Assembly: GCA_963712695.1 (NCBI GenBank) | Contig: CAVQJD010000011.1 | Coordinates: 5,336 to 69,335 of the forward strand | Reading direction: 5' to 3' | DNA length: 64,000 bases | Source: an uncultured Gammaproteobacteria bacterium | Lineage (GTDB): Bacteria; Pseudomonadota; Gammaproteobacteria; UBA9214 | Shown here: piece by piece, positions 49,950 to 61,517 of the stretch | How the letters are laid out: every line of letters starts with the position of its first letter | Position numbering within the stretch: the first letter of the stretch is position 1 | Notes under the pieces: generated by a model | Told to the model about the DNA's origin: nothing | The model's database searches: none | The model's input: only the letters and a program-made list of their open reading frames with translations | Made by a program: the position numbers and the translations under genes

Positions 49950-51185
49950 CTAGAAATTTCCCTGAAACCAGCCCTTCATCCTGTCCCATACCCCGCGTAC
50001 GCCCTTGCCCAAACCGATATCCGATGACCGCTGATCACGATTGTGATGCCCAAACAACAGCAACCCGACACCGGTCGCGAATATCGGGTTTCGTACTACA
50101 TCAACCAGGCCGGTGACATACTGGGGAACACCCAGCCGCACCGGCATGTGAAAGACTTCTTCCGCGAGGTCGACCAGACCCTCGATCTTGGCACTGCCGC
50201 CGGTCAGCACGATGCCGGATGCCACCAGTTCCTCGAAGCCACTGCGACGCAGCTCAGCCTGGATCAGCGTGAGCAATTCCTCGTAGCGCGGCTCGACCAC
50301 CTCGGCCAGCGTGTGACGTGCGAGTTGCCGGGGCGGCCGGTCTCCAACACTCGGCACCTCGATGCTTTCATCTGCACTGGCCATCTGGGTGAGTGCACAG
50401 GCGTACTTGATCTTTATTTCCTCGGCATGCTGCGTGGGAGTGCGCAGCGCGACGGCGATGTCATTGGTGACCTGATCACCGGCAATGGGTATGACCGCTG
50501 TGTGGCGAATTGCGCCTTCCGTAAATACGGCTATGTCGGTGGTACCGCCACCGATGTCGACGATACAGACACCGAGTTCCTTTTCATCCTCGGTCAGCAC
50601 TGAGTAGCTGGAAGCCAGCTGTTCGAGGATGATGTCATCGACTTCCAGACCGCAACGGCGCACGCACTTGATAATGTTCTGCGCCGCGCTCACGGCACCG
50701 GTCACCATGTGAACCTTGGCCTCCAGGCGTACCCCGGACATCCCGACCGGCTCGCGAATGCCTTCCTGATTATCGATTACGAAATCCTGAGGCAGGATGT
50801 GCAGGATTTTCTGATCGGCAGGTATCGCTACGGCACGCGCGGCATCAATGACGCGCTCGACATCGCCAGGCGTGACCTCCTTGTCGCGAATCGCCACGAT
50901 ACCATGCGAATTCAGACTGCGAATGTGGCTGCCGGCTATACCGGCGTACACCGAATGAATCTGACAACCCGCCATGAGTTCCGCCTCTTCCACCGCGCGC
51001 TGGATCGAGTGCACAGTGGACTCGATGTTGACCACCACACCCTTCTTCAGGCCGCGCGACGGGTGTGAACCGATACCGATCACCTCGAGTTCGCCATCCG
51101 GCATTACCTCGCCGACAATCGCAACCACCTTGGAGGTGCCGATGTCCAGACCGACAATCAGGTTCTTTTCAGCCTTCTTCGCCAT
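49950..51185 (-). CDS. ftsA: Cell division protein FtsA
   Basis: 411 aa with the actin-like fold. LIVGLDIGTSKVVAIVGE and VDIGGGTTDIAVF are present. Confidence 0.96.
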   Translation of the reverse strand: MAKKAEKNLIVGLDIGTSKVVAIVGEVMPDGELEVIGIGSHPSRGLKKGVVVNIESTVHSIQRAVEEAELMAGCQIHSVYAGIAGSHIRSLNSHGIVAIRDKEVTPGDVERVIDAARAVAIPADQKILHILPQDFVIDNQEGIREPVGMSGVRLEAKVHMVTGAVSAAQNIIKCVRRCGLEVDDIILEQLASSYSVLTEDEKELGVCIVDIGGGTTDIAVFTEGAIRHTAVIPIAGDQVTNDIAVALRTPTQHAEEIKIKYACALTQMASADESIEVPSVGDRPPRQLARHTLAEVVEPRYEELLTLIQAELRRSGFEELVASGIVLTGGSAKIEGLVDLAEEVFHMPVRLGVPQYVTGLVDVVRNPIFATGVGLLLFGHHNRDQRSSDIGLGKGVRGVWDRMKGWFQGNF

Positions 51186-51200
51186 CCTTACCCTTTTCCG

Positions 51201-52004
51201 TTAACCCTTGTTACCTGTTTCGCCATCGCCGGCGCTGTGCTGCCAGACCACCGAGAACCCATTGCTGTAGCGCAAATCAACCGTACGCAACTCTGCCAGC
51301 CGGACCGCAAACACACTCGGCCATGCACGCACGAACCGCTGCAGGCGCAGCCAGGGCTGCGTCCGGCCCAGCTTCAGCGTGACATCACCCGCAAGCTGCA
51401 ATTCCCATGCGCGTCGCTCGTCAAGCTGCAGGCGTTGCACCTGAAGTCCGAGTGGTGCCAGTGTTGCGCTGACCTGCTGGTAGTGCTCCAGCACCTTGCG
51501 TTCCTGGCCATCCGGCCCGTCCAGCCAGGGCAACTCGATAGCAAGCTGCTGATCTTGCGCCGGGAAAAATGCCTTGCCAAAGCGATTCAGAAATCCCTGC
51601 CCGTGCCAGCGGGCAACCGGTTGCTGCTCTTCGATCTGCAAACGCACGGTCTCCGGCCACACGCGTTGTACGGAAGCCCTGTAAACCCAGGGCAGGGCCT
51701 CGGCGGCGGCACGAATCGCCACCACATCGACCGTGAAGAAACCACCCGCTGCATGCGGTGCCACGGCCGCCTGCAACTGTTCCTTTTGCAGGTACCGGAA
51801 GTCGCCCTTGACGACAACCACGCTCAGAGGGAATCGGTAGGGATCGGACAGCCAGCGCATTCCCAGCAGGGTTGCCGCCGCCAGCACGCCCAGCAACAGC
51901 AGACCGGACAGCGTGCGAGCCTGGACGCGCAGCAGTGCTGCAAAACGGTTCCCGATACCTGACTCCACACTAGGCATGCCGCACCTCCGCAGATCGTGCT
52001 GCAT
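51201..52004 (-). CDS. ftsQ: Cell division protein FtsQ
   Basis: 267 aa with a single TM helix followed by POTRA/FtsQ domains. It sits between ddl and ftsA. An alternative start at MPSVESG (51977) would reduce the overlap with ddl. Confidence 0.88.
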   Translation of the reverse strand: MQHDLRRCGMPSVESGIGNRFAALLRVQARTLSGLLLLGVLAAATLLGMRWLSDPYRFPLSVVVVKGDFRYLQKEQLQAAVAPHAAGGFFTVDVVAIRAAAEALPWVYRASVQRVWPETVRLQIEEQQPVARWHGQGFLNRFGKAFFPAQDQQLAIELPWLDGPDGQERKVLEHYQQVSATLAPLGLQVQRLQLDERRAWELQLAGDVTLKLGRTQPWLRLQRFVRAWPSVFAVRLAELRTVDLRYSNGFSVVWQHSAGDGETGNKG

Positions 52005-52935
52005 CAGAATCGAAACTGCTGTCCAGTATTTTCAGCACCAGCTCGCCGAACTCCACGCCGCTGGCCCGCGCTGCCATCGGAACAAGACTGTGGTCAGTCA
52101 GCCCCGGTACCGTGTTGACCTCGATAAACCAGGGTCTGCCGGCAGCGTCCAGCATGAAATCGACACGTCCCCAGCCACGTGCACCGACCGCGCGAAATGC
52201 CGCCAGCGACAGCTGCTGGAATTGCCGCTCCTGCGCAGCCTCGAGTCCACAAGGAATGATGTAGCGTGTGGTGTCTGCCTGGTATTTGGCCGCGTAATCA
52301 TAAAACGCATGCGGTGTCTCCAGTCGAATCAGCGGCAGTGCCGTTTCCCCCAGAATACCGGCGGTGTATTCCATGCCGGTGATCCACTGCTCGACCAGCA
52401 CATTGCTGTCATAACGCGCTGCTTGCTGCCATGCCGGCAATAACCCGCTTGCTTGTTCAACCTTGCTGATCCCGATACTCGAGCCCTCGTGAGCCGGTTT
52501 GACAATCACCGGGTAACGCAGACTGTCGCGTTGCGCAGCCACCTCGTCCGCGTCCTGCAACAGGGTAAACTCCGGCGTGGGAATACCCGTGCTCTGCCAG
52601 ATCTGTTTGGTGCGCAGCTTGTCCATGCCCAGCGCCGAACCCAGCACGCCACTGCCGGTATAGGGCATGCCGAGCATCTCGAGCATGCCCTGCACCACAC
52701 CGTCCTCACCACCCCGCCCGTGCAAGGCAATAAACACGCGCGCAAAACCTCCGGCAGCAAGCCGTTCATGCAAACTGCCTTGCGCGGTATCCACCGCATG
52801 CGCGTCGACACCGGCGGCCCTGAGCGCGGCAACTACCGCAGCACCGCTTTTCAGCGATACCTCGCGCTCGGCTGAATCGCCGCCGAGCAGCACGGCGACC
52901 TTGCCGTAGACACGCGGATCGGCCCGTGATGTCAT
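51970..52935 (-). CDS. ddl: D-alanine--D-alanine ligase
   Basis: 321 aa. [30 protein letters not shown] and [11 protein letters not shown] are present. Confidence 0.95.
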   Translation of the reverse strand: MTSRADPRVYGKVAVLLGGDSAEREVSLKSGAAVVAALRAAGVDAHAVDTAQGSLHERLAAGGFARVFIALHGRGGEDGVVQGMLEMLGMPYTGSGVLGSALGMDKLRTKQIWQSTGIPTPEFTLLQDADEVAAQRDSLRYPVIVKPAHEGSSIGISKVEQASGLLPAWQQAARYDSNVLVEQWITGMEYTAGILGETALPLIRLETPHAFYDYAAKYQADTTRYIIPCGLEAAQERQFQQLSLAAFRAVGARGWGRVDFMLDAAGRPWFIEVNTVPGLTDHSLVPMAARASGVEFGELVLKILDSSFDSDAARSAEVRHA

Positions 52936-53834
52936 GACACCGGTTCTCCCACAATGCGAACCTCGGTCTCCAGCCGCACGCCCAGCTGCTGCTCGACCGT
53001 ACCCTGCACCTGCAACATCAGCGTCTCGATATCTGCAGCGCTGGCGTTGCCTGTATTGATAATGAAATTCGCGTGTTTCTCCGACACCTGTGCACCGCCC
53101 AGCCGCCTGCCCTTGAGCCCGCAGGCCTCGATCAGGCGTGCGGCATAATCACCCGGCGGGTTGCGGAACACCGAACCGCAACTGTACTGCTGCACCGGCT
53201 GAGTAGCACCGCGCCGGGCGAGCAACTCGCGGATACGTGCCTGCGCCTGCTCGGCATCGCCCTTTTCCAGCGCCAGGTGCACGGCAACAAACCATTCGTC
53301 CGGCCTGCCTCTGACCGAACGATAATCCACGCGGAATTCATCCGGCGTGCGCGTATGCAGCTCGCCCCGGCGATCGACTGTCTCCACCGCCGCCACATGC
53401 GACCAGGTTTCACCACCGAACGCTCCGGCATTCATCGCCAGCGCTCCACCCATAGTGCCCGGAATGCCGGCGAGAAACTCGACACCGGTCAGGCCTGCCC
53501 GGCTGGCAGTTCGCGCAACCTTGGCGCAGCTAACCCCGGCCTCGGCGCGCAGCAACCGGGTATCCAGCCACTCCAGTCCTGTCAGCGCACCGAACATCAT
53601 CAGCACCGTGCCAGGGTAACCACCGTCACGCACCAGCAGGTTGCTGCCCAGCCCGACCCACAGCAGCGGCTCGGCAGGATCCAGGTCACGAAGAAATGCG
53701 CACAGATCTGCCAGATCGGCCGGCTGAAAGAAGCACCGTGCCTTGCCACCGGCGCGCCAGCTGACATGCCGGTCCATGGGTTCGTCGAACCGCAATTCCC
53801 CGCGCCAGGTTTGAGTCTGTTGAGCCGCCATCAT
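52932..53834 (-). CDS. murB: UDP-N-acetylenolpyruvoylglucosamine reductase MurB
   Basis: The start is set at MMAAQQTQ (300 aa). It has an FAD-binding domain ([26 protein letters not shown]) and the C-terminal SCGSVFRNP. Confidence 0.93.
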   Translation of the reverse strand: MMAAQQTQTWRGELRFDEPMDRHVSWRAGGKARCFFQPADLADLCAFLRDLDPAEPLLWVGLGSNLLVRDGGYPGTVLMMFGALTGLEWLDTRLLRAEAGVSCAKVARTASRAGLTGVEFLAGIPGTMGGALAMNAGAFGGETWSHVAAVETVDRRGELHTRTPDEFRVDYRSVRGRPDEWFVAVHLALEKGDAEQAQARIRELLARRGATQPVQQYSCGSVFRNPPGDYAARLIEACGLKGRRLGGAQVSEKHANFIINTGNASAADIETLMLQVQGTVEQQLGVRLETEVRIVGEPVS

Positions 53835-53841
53835 CCTCTGT

Positions 53842-55281
53842 TCACCCTGCACCTGTTGCCAGATCCACGGCCAGCCGCTGTGACGCCGCACCGATATCAC
53901 CCGCGCCCAGCGTGAGCAGTATGTCGCCGTCAGCGAGCAGGTCGCCGAGCACCTGCGGCAATACATCCAGATCATCGACAAATACCGGATCGACCAGGCC
54001 GCGCGCACGAATACCGCGCGCCAGCGCGCGGCCGTCGGCACCGGCAATGGGTGCCTCGCCGGCGGCATAGACCTCGCACAGCACCAGCACGTCGACCTCC
54101 GACAGCACCTGAGCAAAATCATCGAACAGGTCGCGCGTGCGTGTGTATCGATGAGGCTGGAACACCACGACCAGGCGCCGGTCGGGCCAGCCGGCGCGTG
54201 CCGCAGCGATAGTCGGTGCCAGTTCGCGCGGATGATGACCGTAATCGTCGATCAGCAGCACTCTGCCTGCCGCCGTGGAAATCTCGCCGGCGATCTGGAA
54301 ACGTCGCCCTATGCCCTGGAATTCGTGCAGTGCCTGCTGGATGTGCGCATCGGACACGCCCAGCTCGGTTGCCACCGCAATCGCCGCCAGTGCGTTCTGT
54401 ACGTTGTGCTGACCGGGCAGGTTGAGCGTAATGGACAGGCCATCCGCATGTTCCTTGCGGTGCGCCATGAAATGAGTCCGCGCACCGGACTGCTGCACGT
54501 CGGTGGCATGAACATCGGCCTTTACGTCAAGTCCATAGGTCATTACCGGACGTGTGACCTCAGGCAGAATGCGCCTGATCTCCGGATCGTCCAGACACAG
54601 CACGGCCAGTCCGTAGAACGGCAGGTGATGCAGGAATTCGATGAACGTCTGGCGCAACCGCTCGAAATCACCCCCGTAGGTCGACAGGTGATCGGCGTCG
54701 ATATTGGTCACCACGGCTATCGATGGCTGCAGATAGAGAAACGAGGCGTCGCTCTCGTCGGCTTCTGCCACCAGGTAGTGGCCAGCACCGAGCTGGGCGT
54801 GGCTCGCCGCACTGTTGAGCAGTCCACCGATGACAAAGGTTGGATCCAGGCCGCCCTCGGCCAGCAGGCTGGCGATCAGGCTGGTGGTGGTGGTCTTGCC
54901 ATGGGTGCCGGCAACTCCGATGCCAAAACGGAAGCGCATCAGTTCGGCCAGCATCTCGGCACGCGGCACCACCGGGATACGCCGCGCGCGGGCCGCCGCG
55001 AGTTCCGGATTATCTGAATTGATGGCGGTCGACACCACCACCGCGTCGCAATCCGACACGTTCGCCGCGGCATGTCCGATCATGACGTGGATACCCATTT
55101 CCAGCAGCCGTCGAGTCACCGTGCTCGTGCGCATGTCCGAGCCACTGACCTGATAACCGAGGTTATGCAATACCTCGGCGATACCACTCATACCGGCACC
55201 ACCGATGCCGACGAAATGCACGCGCCGTACCCGGCCCATGCCCTGCGGGTGTGTGCCGCGCGTCGGCTGCTGCACGCTCAT
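53842..55281 (-). CDS. murC: UDP-N-acetylmuramate--L-alanine ligase MurC
   Basis: The start is set at MSVQQPT (479 aa; ATGA overlap with the murG stop). [17 protein letters not shown] and [10 protein letters not shown] are present. Confidence 0.95.
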   Translation of the reverse strand: MSVQQPTRGTHPQGMGRVRRVHFVGIGGAGMSGIAEVLHNLGYQVSGSDMRTSTVTRRLLEMGIHVMIGHAAANVSDCDAVVVSTAINSDNPELAAARARRIPVVPRAEMLAELMRFRFGIGVAGTHGKTTTTSLIASLLAEGGLDPTFVIGGLLNSAASHAQLGAGHYLVAEADESDASFLYLQPSIAVVTNIDADHLSTYGGDFERLRQTFIEFLHHLPFYGLAVLCLDDPEIRRILPEVTRPVMTYGLDVKADVHATDVQQSGARTHFMAHRKEHADGLSITLNLPGQHNVQNALAAIAVATELGVSDAHIQQALHEFQGIGRRFQIAGEISTAAGRVLLIDDYGHHPRELAPTIAAARAGWPDRRLVVVFQPHRYTRTRDLFDDFAQVLSEVDVLVLCEVYAAGEAPIAGADGRALARGIRARGLVDPVFVDDLDVLPQVLGDLLADGDILLTLGAGDIGAASQRLAVDLATGAG

Positions 55282-56399
55282 GCGGCACCTCCGCTGTGAG
55301 CCCGGCCATCGAGGCCAGCGGCCTGCAGACACAGTTCGGCAACGCGGCGCGCGGCATCCGGCATCGCCAGCGCATGCGCGCGGCCGGCCATTTCCAGCAG
55401 CACATCGCGCTGCCCGGTAAAATCCGCCAGGATGCCGGTCAACCTCGCCGGGGTCAGGGTATCCTGCTGCTGCAGGATGGCCGCACCGGCATCGGCGAGG
55501 AAGTGGGCGTTGCCGGTCTGGTGGTCGTCGGTGGCATACGGGAACGGCACCAGAATCGACGCCACACCCACCACCGCCAGTTCCGCCACAGTCAATGCGC
55601 CGGCACGGCAGATCACCAGGTCGGCCCACGCATAGGCACTGGCCATATCCTCGATAAATGGCTCGACACGTGCCTCGATGCCGGCTGCCGCATAGGCGTT
55701 GCGCACCTGCTCGAGATCCTGGCTGCCGGTCTGGTGATACAGCTCCGGACACACGGCGAGCTGCGCAATCGCGGCGGGCACCACGCTGTTGAGCGCAGAG
55801 GCACCCAGGCTGCCGCCCACCACCAGAACACGTAACGGGCCATTGCGCCCGGCAAAACGCTCAGCTGGCGCCAGCAGCCGGGTAATCGCACCGCGAATCG
55901 GGTTGCCGGTGTGTACCGGCCGGTAGCGGCCCGGCAGGCTGCCGGGGAACGCCACCATCACGGTGCGCGCCAACGGCGCAAGCCAGCGATTGGTGGTACC
56001 GGCCACCGAATTCTGCTCATGGATCAGCAACGGCCGGCGCAGCAGCCAGGCAATGATCCCGCCCGGACCGGAAGCGAATCCGCCCATGCCGAGCACAGCG
56101 AGCGGACGCAGCCGCAGTTCGATGCGCAGCGCCTGGAACAGGGCAACAGTGAGCATGAAGGGTGCTGCCAGCAGCCGCAGCAGCCCGCGACCACGCAGCC
56201 CGGACACCCGCACAGTCTCCAGCCGGTACCCTGCCTTCGGTACCAGCCGCCCTTCCAGTCCGCGCTGTGTGCCCAGCCAGGAGACGGCCACGCCGCGCGC
56301 CGTCAACTCTTCGGCCACCGCCAGTGCCGGGAATACATGCCCGCCGGTGCCACCTGCCATAATCAGGATCGGCCGGTTCGCTGCACGCACGGTCATCAT
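55278..56399 (-). CDS. murG: Lipid II synthase MurG (UDP-GlcNAc transferase)
   Basis: 373 aa. [22 protein letters not shown] and the C-terminal [13 protein letters not shown] are present. Confidence 0.95.
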   Translation of the reverse strand: MMTVRAANRPILIMAGGTGGHVFPALAVAEELTARGVAVSWLGTQRGLEGRLVPKAGYRLETVRVSGLRGRGLLRLLAAPFMLTVALFQALRIELRLRPLAVLGMGGFASGPGGIIAWLLRRPLLIHEQNSVAGTTNRWLAPLARTVMVAFPGSLPGRYRPVHTGNPIRGAITRLLAPAERFAGRNGPLRVLVVGGSLGASALNSVVPAAIAQLAVCPELYHQTGSQDLEQVRNAYAAAGIEARVEPFIEDMASAYAWADLVICRAGALTVAELAVVGVASILVPFPYATDDHQTGNAHFLADAGAAILQQQDTLTPARLTGILADFTGQRDVLLEMAGRAHALAMPDAARRVAELCLQAAGLDGRAHSGGAA

Positions 56400-57607
56400 G
56401 CGGGCACCCGGCGACTGCGCTTGGCTGCCGCGGTACCGCTGGCAGCCAATCCTTCACAGGTACAGCGTGTTTCGTAGTCGATGCGCAGCAGCAATGCCAC
56501 GGCCATACACATCACGATCATGCTGGATCCGCCATAACTCATCAGCGGCAGCGTCAGGCCCTTGGTTGGCAACAGGCCCATATTGACTCCGATATTGATA
56601 AAGCTTTGCAGCCCGAACCAGATGCCGATGCCATGGGCCAGGTTGGCCGCGAACGGATTGCCGGCCTGGATGGCCTGTGCCGCGATCCGAAAGGCGCGCC
56701 AAACCAGCACACTGTACAGGGCGATGATTGTGCACACGCCCAGCAGGCCGAGTTCCTCCGCCGTCACGGCAAACACAAAGTCGGTGTGCGCCTCCGGCAG
56801 GTAGAACAGCTTCTGCACGCTGGCGCCAAGGCCAACACCGAACCATTCACCGCGGCCGATGGCTATCAGCGACTGGGTGAGCTGGAAACCGGAATCGAAC
56901 GGATCGGCCCAGGGATTGAGGAAGGTCTTCAGCCGTTCCATGCGATAGCTCGACGACACCGCCACGCCACCCAGCAGCAGGGCCGCCATGCCCAGCGCGC
57001 CCGCGAACTGCCCGAGCTTCACGCCGGCCATGAAGATCATGCCCATCACCGTGGCACCGAGCACCACAGTGGCCCCGAAATCGGGTTCCAGCAACAGCAG
57101 CACGGCTATCACGGCCAGCAAGCCGATCGGCTTGCCAAAGCCGGAAATGTGGTGACGCACGCTCTCGCCATGCCGCGCCAGATAGCTGGCGAGGTAGATG
57201 ATGAACAACAGCTTGGCCGGCTCCGACACCTGCAAGCGAAACAGACCCGCATTGATCCAGCGCACCGCACCATTCACCTTCACACCCACACCGGGCACCA
57301 GCACCAGCAACAGGATCAGGAAGGCACCGAGCAGCAGGATCATGCCCATGCGATCGAGCATGACCAGCCGTACCCGGAACAAGGCCAGCCCGGCGAGCAC
57401 ACCGAGGCCGATGAAAACAGACTGGCGCAGTGCGTAATAGAACGGATGGCCCAGCTCGCGGTCGGCCATGGTAATCGATGCGGACGACACCATGACCAGC
57501 CCCAGCAACGCGAGCGCCAGCGTGCAGCCCAGCAGGGTGTAGTCGAGCCGCGGCAGGCGCACATCGCCCGTGCCGACCAGCCGGGCCTGGAGACTTGCGC
57601 CGGCCAT
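56396..57607 (-). CDS. ftsW: SEDS-family peptidoglycan glycosyltransferase FtsW
   Basis: 403 aa with 10 TM helices. RWINAGLFRLQVSEPAKL and PEAHTDFVFA motifs are present. Confidence 0.94.
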   Translation of the reverse strand: MAGASLQARLVGTGDVRLPRLDYTLLGCTLALALLGLVMVSSASITMADRELGHPFYYALRQSVFIGLGVLAGLALFRVRLVMLDRMGMILLLGAFLILLLVLVPGVGVKVNGAVRWINAGLFRLQVSEPAKLLFIIYLASYLARHGESVRHHISGFGKPIGLLAVIAVLLLLEPDFGATVVLGATVMGMIFMAGVKLGQFAGALGMAALLLGGVAVSSSYRMERLKTFLNPWADPFDSGFQLTQSLIAIGRGEWFGVGLGASVQKLFYLPEAHTDFVFAVTAEELGLLGVCTIIALYSVLVWRAFRIAAQAIQAGNPFAANLAHGIGIWFGLQSFINIGVNMGLLPTKGLTLPLMSYGGSSMIVMCMAVALLLRIDYETRCTCEGLAASGTAAAKRSRRVPA

Positions 57608-58953
57608 CAGCTGACGTACTCCTGCACGGCTTGCATGAACAGCTCGCCACGCTCGACATAATTGCGAAACATGTCGGTACTGGCACAGGCCGGCGAGAGC
57701 AGCACTGTGTCGCCTGGAATGGCCATCGCCACCGCCTCGCGCACGACCCCGGCCATGTCCGCAACGTGCCGGATCGGCAGCACGTCTTTCAGCACGGCCT
57801 CGAGCAGCGGCGCATCACGGCCAATCAGTACACAACCACGCCCCTTGTCCCGGAGTGCACCGGCCAGCGGAGAAAAATCCGCACCCTTGCCATCGCCGCC
57901 GGCGATTAACACCAGCGGGCCCTCGAGTCCCTCGATCGCCGCCAGCGTGGCGCCGACATTGGTCCCCTTGGAATCGTTGTACCAGCGTACACCGTCATGC
58001 TCGGCGACGAACTGCATGCGGTGCGGCAGCCCCTGGAATTCAGCCAGTGTTTCCAGCATTGCATCCAGCGACAAACCCGCCGCCTCGCCCAGTGCCAGCG
58101 CAGCCAGGGCGTTGGCCAGGTTGTGCCGACCAGCCAGCCGAATGGCCGTCGCGGGCAGCAGGCGTTCACTGCCCCGCGCCAGCCAGGTCACCCCGTCCAG
58201 TTGCACCAGCCCGTAGTCCGCGGCCGCCGGCGCGCCCCTGCTAAAGCGGACCTGTGGCCGGGCCGGATCCGCCAGCGCCATCACCACGGGATCGTCAGCA
58301 TTCACCACCTGCAGATCGGTACTGTTATAGATCACCTGCTTGGCCGCCGCGTAATCCGCGAGATCGCGGTAGCGATCCATATGGTCTTCACTGATATTCA
58401 GCACGGCCGCGGCCTGCAGGTGCAGGCTGTGCACCGTCTCCAGCTGGAAGCTCGACAGCTCCAGCACATAGAATGCCGGCTCGGTGTCACCAAGCAGATC
58501 CAGTGCCGGCGTCCCGATGTTGCCGCCAGTACGCACCTCGACGCCGTCGCGGCGTGCCATGGCGCTCAGTAACGTCACCACCGTACTCTTGCCGTTGGAA
58601 CCGGTGACAGCGATCACGGGGGCATGCGCTGCCTGCGCGAACAACTCGATATCGCCAGTTACCGGAATGCCGCGTGCCCGCGCTGCCGCGATATGCGGTT
58701 CGTCCAGCGCCACCCCGGGGCTAATCACGATCTGCTCGGCACGCTCGAAGGCTTCGTCACTGAAGCCGCCAAGAAACAGCGCCACATCGGCCAGTTCGCC
58801 ACTGCGCATCCGCTCCAGCCCGGGCGGTTGTGCGCGGCTGTCGACCACCGCCACCGGCACGCCGTGACGTGACAGGTAGCGCGCAACCGACAGCCCGGTC
58901 TCACCCAGACCGACCACCAGCGTCCTGCCCGCCTTGTCAAACATATCTGCCAT
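57607..58953 (-). CDS. murD: UDP-N-acetylmuramoylalanine--D-glutamate ligase MurD
   Basis: LVVGLGETGLS and GSNGKSTV are present. The start is placed at MADMFDK by analogy with the E. coli MADYQGK. The track ORF extends to a TTG at 58998, so the start is uncertain. Confidence 0.92.
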   Translation of the reverse strand: MADMFDKAGRTLVVGLGETGLSVARYLSRHGVPVAVVDSRAQPPGLERMRSGELADVALFLGGFSDEAFERAEQIVISPGVALDEPHIAAARARGIPVTGDIELFAQAAHAPVIAVTGSNGKSTVVTLLSAMARRDGVEVRTGGNIGTPALDLLGDTEPAFYVLELSSFQLETVHSLHLQAAAVLNISEDHMDRYRDLADYAAAKQVIYNSTDLQVVNADDPVVMALADPARPQVRFSRGAPAAADYGLVQLDGVTWLARGSERLLPATAIRLAGRHNLANALAALALGEAAGLSLDAMLETLAEFQGLPHRMQFVAEHDGVRWYNDSKGTNVGATLAAIEGLEGPLVLIAGGDGKGADFSPLAGALRDKGRGCVLIGRDAPLLEAVLKDVLPIRHVADMAGVVREAVAMAIPGDTVLLSPACASTDMFRNYVERGELFMQAVQEYVS

Positions 58954-59049
58954 GACTGTTACCGGAACTGCCATTAAATCCGACTCATTGCCAACCAATA
59001 CACGCTGAACATCTGCTGCACACTTTCCCTTGTCAGGCCACCACCGCTG

Positions 59050-60132
59050 TCAGCGAATCTTCAGGGTGGCCAGGCCGACCAGCACCAGAATCACGGTGAC
59101 GATCCAGAAGCGCACGATCACGCGCGGCTCGGGCCAGCCCTTCAGTTCGAAATGGTGATGCAGCGGCGCCATGTGGAAGATGCGCCTGCCGGTCAGCTTG
59201 TAGGAACCGACCTGCAGGATGACCGAAACCGTTTCCATCACGAATACGCCGGCCATCACCATAAAAACCAGTTCCTGACGTACCAGCACCGCGACGATAC
59301 CGAGTGCCGCACCAAGTGCGAGCGCACCCACATCACCCATAAACACCATGGCAGGATAGGCATTGAACCAGAGGAAGCCGAGCCCGGCGCCGACCAGCGC
59401 GCCGCAGAAAATAACGATCTCGGCGGCATCGCGTACGTACGGAATACCGAGGTAGACGGCAAACTTGACGTTGCCGGTGGCGTAGGCGAACACGGCCAGT
59501 GCGCCGGCGATCAGTACGGTGGGCAGGATGGCCAGCCCGTCCAGGCCATCCGTCAGGTTAACCGCGTTGCTGGAGCCGACGATGACAAACCAGGCCAGCA
59601 CGATGTAGAGCCAGCCGAGGTTGATCGCAATATCCTTGAAGAACGGGACGATCAGCGACGTCTCCGCCGGCGAGGCGGCACTCATGTAGAGAAATACCGC
59701 AACAGCCAGTGCGATAAGGCTTTGCCAGGCCAGTTTGCTGCGGGCCGATATACCGGCTGAATTTTTCAGCACCAGCTTGCGGTAATCATCGACCCAGCCA
59801 ATGGCGCCAAATGCCAGCGTCACCAGCAACACCACCCACACGTAGCGATTCGTCAGGTCAGCCCACAGCAGGGTAGCAACTGCCACTGCGACCAGGATCA
59901 GCGCACCGCCCATGGTCGGGGTACCGGCCTTGACCAGGTGTGTCTGCGGCCCGTCATCACGCACCGGCTGACCGATCTGGTAACGACCCAGCCGGCGGAT
60001 CATCTCCGGACCGACCAGGAAGGAGATTACCAGCGCGGTCAGCACGCCCAGGATGGCGCGCAGCGTCAGGTACTGGAAGACATTGAATCCGCTGTGATAC
60101 TGACTCAGGTACTCGGCCAGGGAAAGGAGCAT
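59050..60132 (-). CDS. mraY: Phospho-N-acetylmuramoyl-pentapeptide transferase MraY
   Basis: 360 aa with 10 TM helices. [22 protein letters not shown] and APLHHHFE are present. Confidence 0.96.
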   Translation of the reverse strand: MLLSLAEYLSQYHSGFNVFQYLTLRAILGVLTALVISFLVGPEMIRRLGRYQIGQPVRDDGPQTHLVKAGTPTMGGALILVAVAVATLLWADLTNRYVWVVLLVTLAFGAIGWVDDYRKLVLKNSAGISARSKLAWQSLIALAVAVFLYMSAASPAETSLIVPFFKDIAINLGWLYIVLAWFVIVGSSNAVNLTDGLDGLAILPTVLIAGALAVFAYATGNVKFAVYLGIPYVRDAAEIVIFCGALVGAGLGFLWFNAYPAMVFMGDVGALALGAALGIVAVLVRQELVFMVMAGVFVMETVSVILQVGSYKLTGRRIFHMAPLHHHFELKGWPEPRVIVRFWIVTVILVLVGLATLKIR

Positions 60133-61517
60133 CAGTGGTTCTCCCGTGAGGATGGTGCGTCCGGTTGCAGCGTACCAAGCAGTGCGTCGACCACCCGTTC
60201 CATGCGCATGCGCCGCGAGCCTTTCACCAGGATGTGCAGCGGTCCGCGCAAATCATCGCGTAATCCATCCAGCAACTGTTCGAGGGTGTCGAATGCCGCA
60301 CCGGGTCCGGCAAAGCCGTCCACCGCGGCATGGGCCAGTTCGCCGAGACCGTACAGGCGCGAGACGCCGGCGACGCGCGCCTGCGCACCCGCATGCCGGT
60401 GCAATTCAGTGGCTCCCGCACCGAGTTCGCCCATGTCACCCAGCACCAGCCAGGTGTCACACCCTGCCTGTGCCAGCACATCCAGTGCGACCTGCAACGA
60501 GCCGGGATTGGCGTTATAGGTATCGTCGATCAGGGTAATGTCACCGGGCAGGCGGTGTATGTTGAAGCGCCCGGCAACCGGCACCAGTGCTTCCAGCCCC
60601 TGCCGGATGTCATCCAGACCGGCACCCGCCAGCTGCGCAACCGTAGCGGCAGCCAGCGCATTCATCACATTGTGGCGGCCCGGCAGTGGCAGACGCAGCG
60701 CAATACTGCCCTGCGGCGTTGCCAGTTCGATAGCACTGCCGGCAGCATCGCCCTGCCACTGCGCACTCACGTCGGCGTCGGCATTCAGCCCGAATTCGAC
60801 ACAGCGGCAATGCGCAGCCAGTGTTCGCCACAAAGGCGCGAAGCTGTCATCGGCATTGATCACGGCGATTGCGTCCGCACCCAGCCCCGCAAACAGTTCA
60901 CCCTTGGCACGTGCCACGCCGCGCACATCGCCGAAGCCCTCGAGGTGCGCGGGCCCGGCATTGGTCACCACACCGATGGTGGGGCGCGCAATACCGGTCA
61001 GGTAGCCGATCTCACCGGGATGATTGGCGCCCATCTCAATGACCGCAAACCGGTCTTCGGCCGCAAGTCCGGCCAGCGTCAGCGGCAGGCCGATGTCGTT
61101 GTTCAGATTGCCTTGCGTCGACAGTGCGCGTCCGCAGCGCGCCAGGATGGCGGCCGTCATGGTGCGCACCGTGGTCTTGCCGTTACTGCCGGTGATGGCG
61201 ACAACCGGGATATCGAACCGGCTGCGCCAGTGCGCCGCGAGCTGCCCGAGCGCGAGACGGGTGTCACTGACGCGGATCTGCGGCAGCACTGACGTGCAGG
61301 GTTTGCTGACGGCCGCCGCGGCCGCGCCCTGCTCACGCGCCGCGTCAACGAAGGCATGGCCGTCGAAATTGGGCCCCTGCAGCGCGAAGAACAGCGCTCC
61401 GCGCATGGGTCGGCGGCTGTCGGTACTTACCCCGCGGAATGGCACGTCGGCGCCGGTCTGCCGGGCGGAGAGCAGCTGCGCGGCTTCGGTGAGCTGCATC
61501 GCTATCATGGCGTCCAT
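60132..61517 (-). CDS. murF: UDP-MurNAc-tripeptide--D-alanyl-D-alanine ligase MurF
   Basis: 461 aa. [12 protein letters not shown] and [10 protein letters not shown] are present. An alternative start at 61508 gives an ATGA overlap with the murE stop. Confidence 0.94.
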   Translation of the reverse strand: MDAMIAMQLTEAAQLLSARQTGADVPFRGVSTDSRRPMRGALFFALQGPNFDGHAFVDAAREQGAAAAAVSKPCTSVLPQIRVSDTRLALGQLAAHWRSRFDIPVVAITGSNGKTTVRTMTAAILARCGRALSTQGNLNNDIGLPLTLAGLAAEDRFAVIEMGANHPGEIGYLTGIARPTIGVVTNAGPAHLEGFGDVRGVARAKGELFAGLGADAIAVINADDSFAPLWRTLAAHCRCVEFGLNADADVSAQWQGDAAGSAIELATPQGSIALRLPLPGRHNVMNALAAATVAQLAGAGLDDIRQGLEALVPVAGRFNIHRLPGDITLIDDTYNANPGSLQVALDVLAQAGCDTWLVLGDMGELGAGATELHRHAGAQARVAGVSRLYGLGELAHAAVDGFAGPGAAFDTLEQLLDGLRDDLRGPLHILVKGSRRMRMERVVDALLGTLQPDAPSSRENH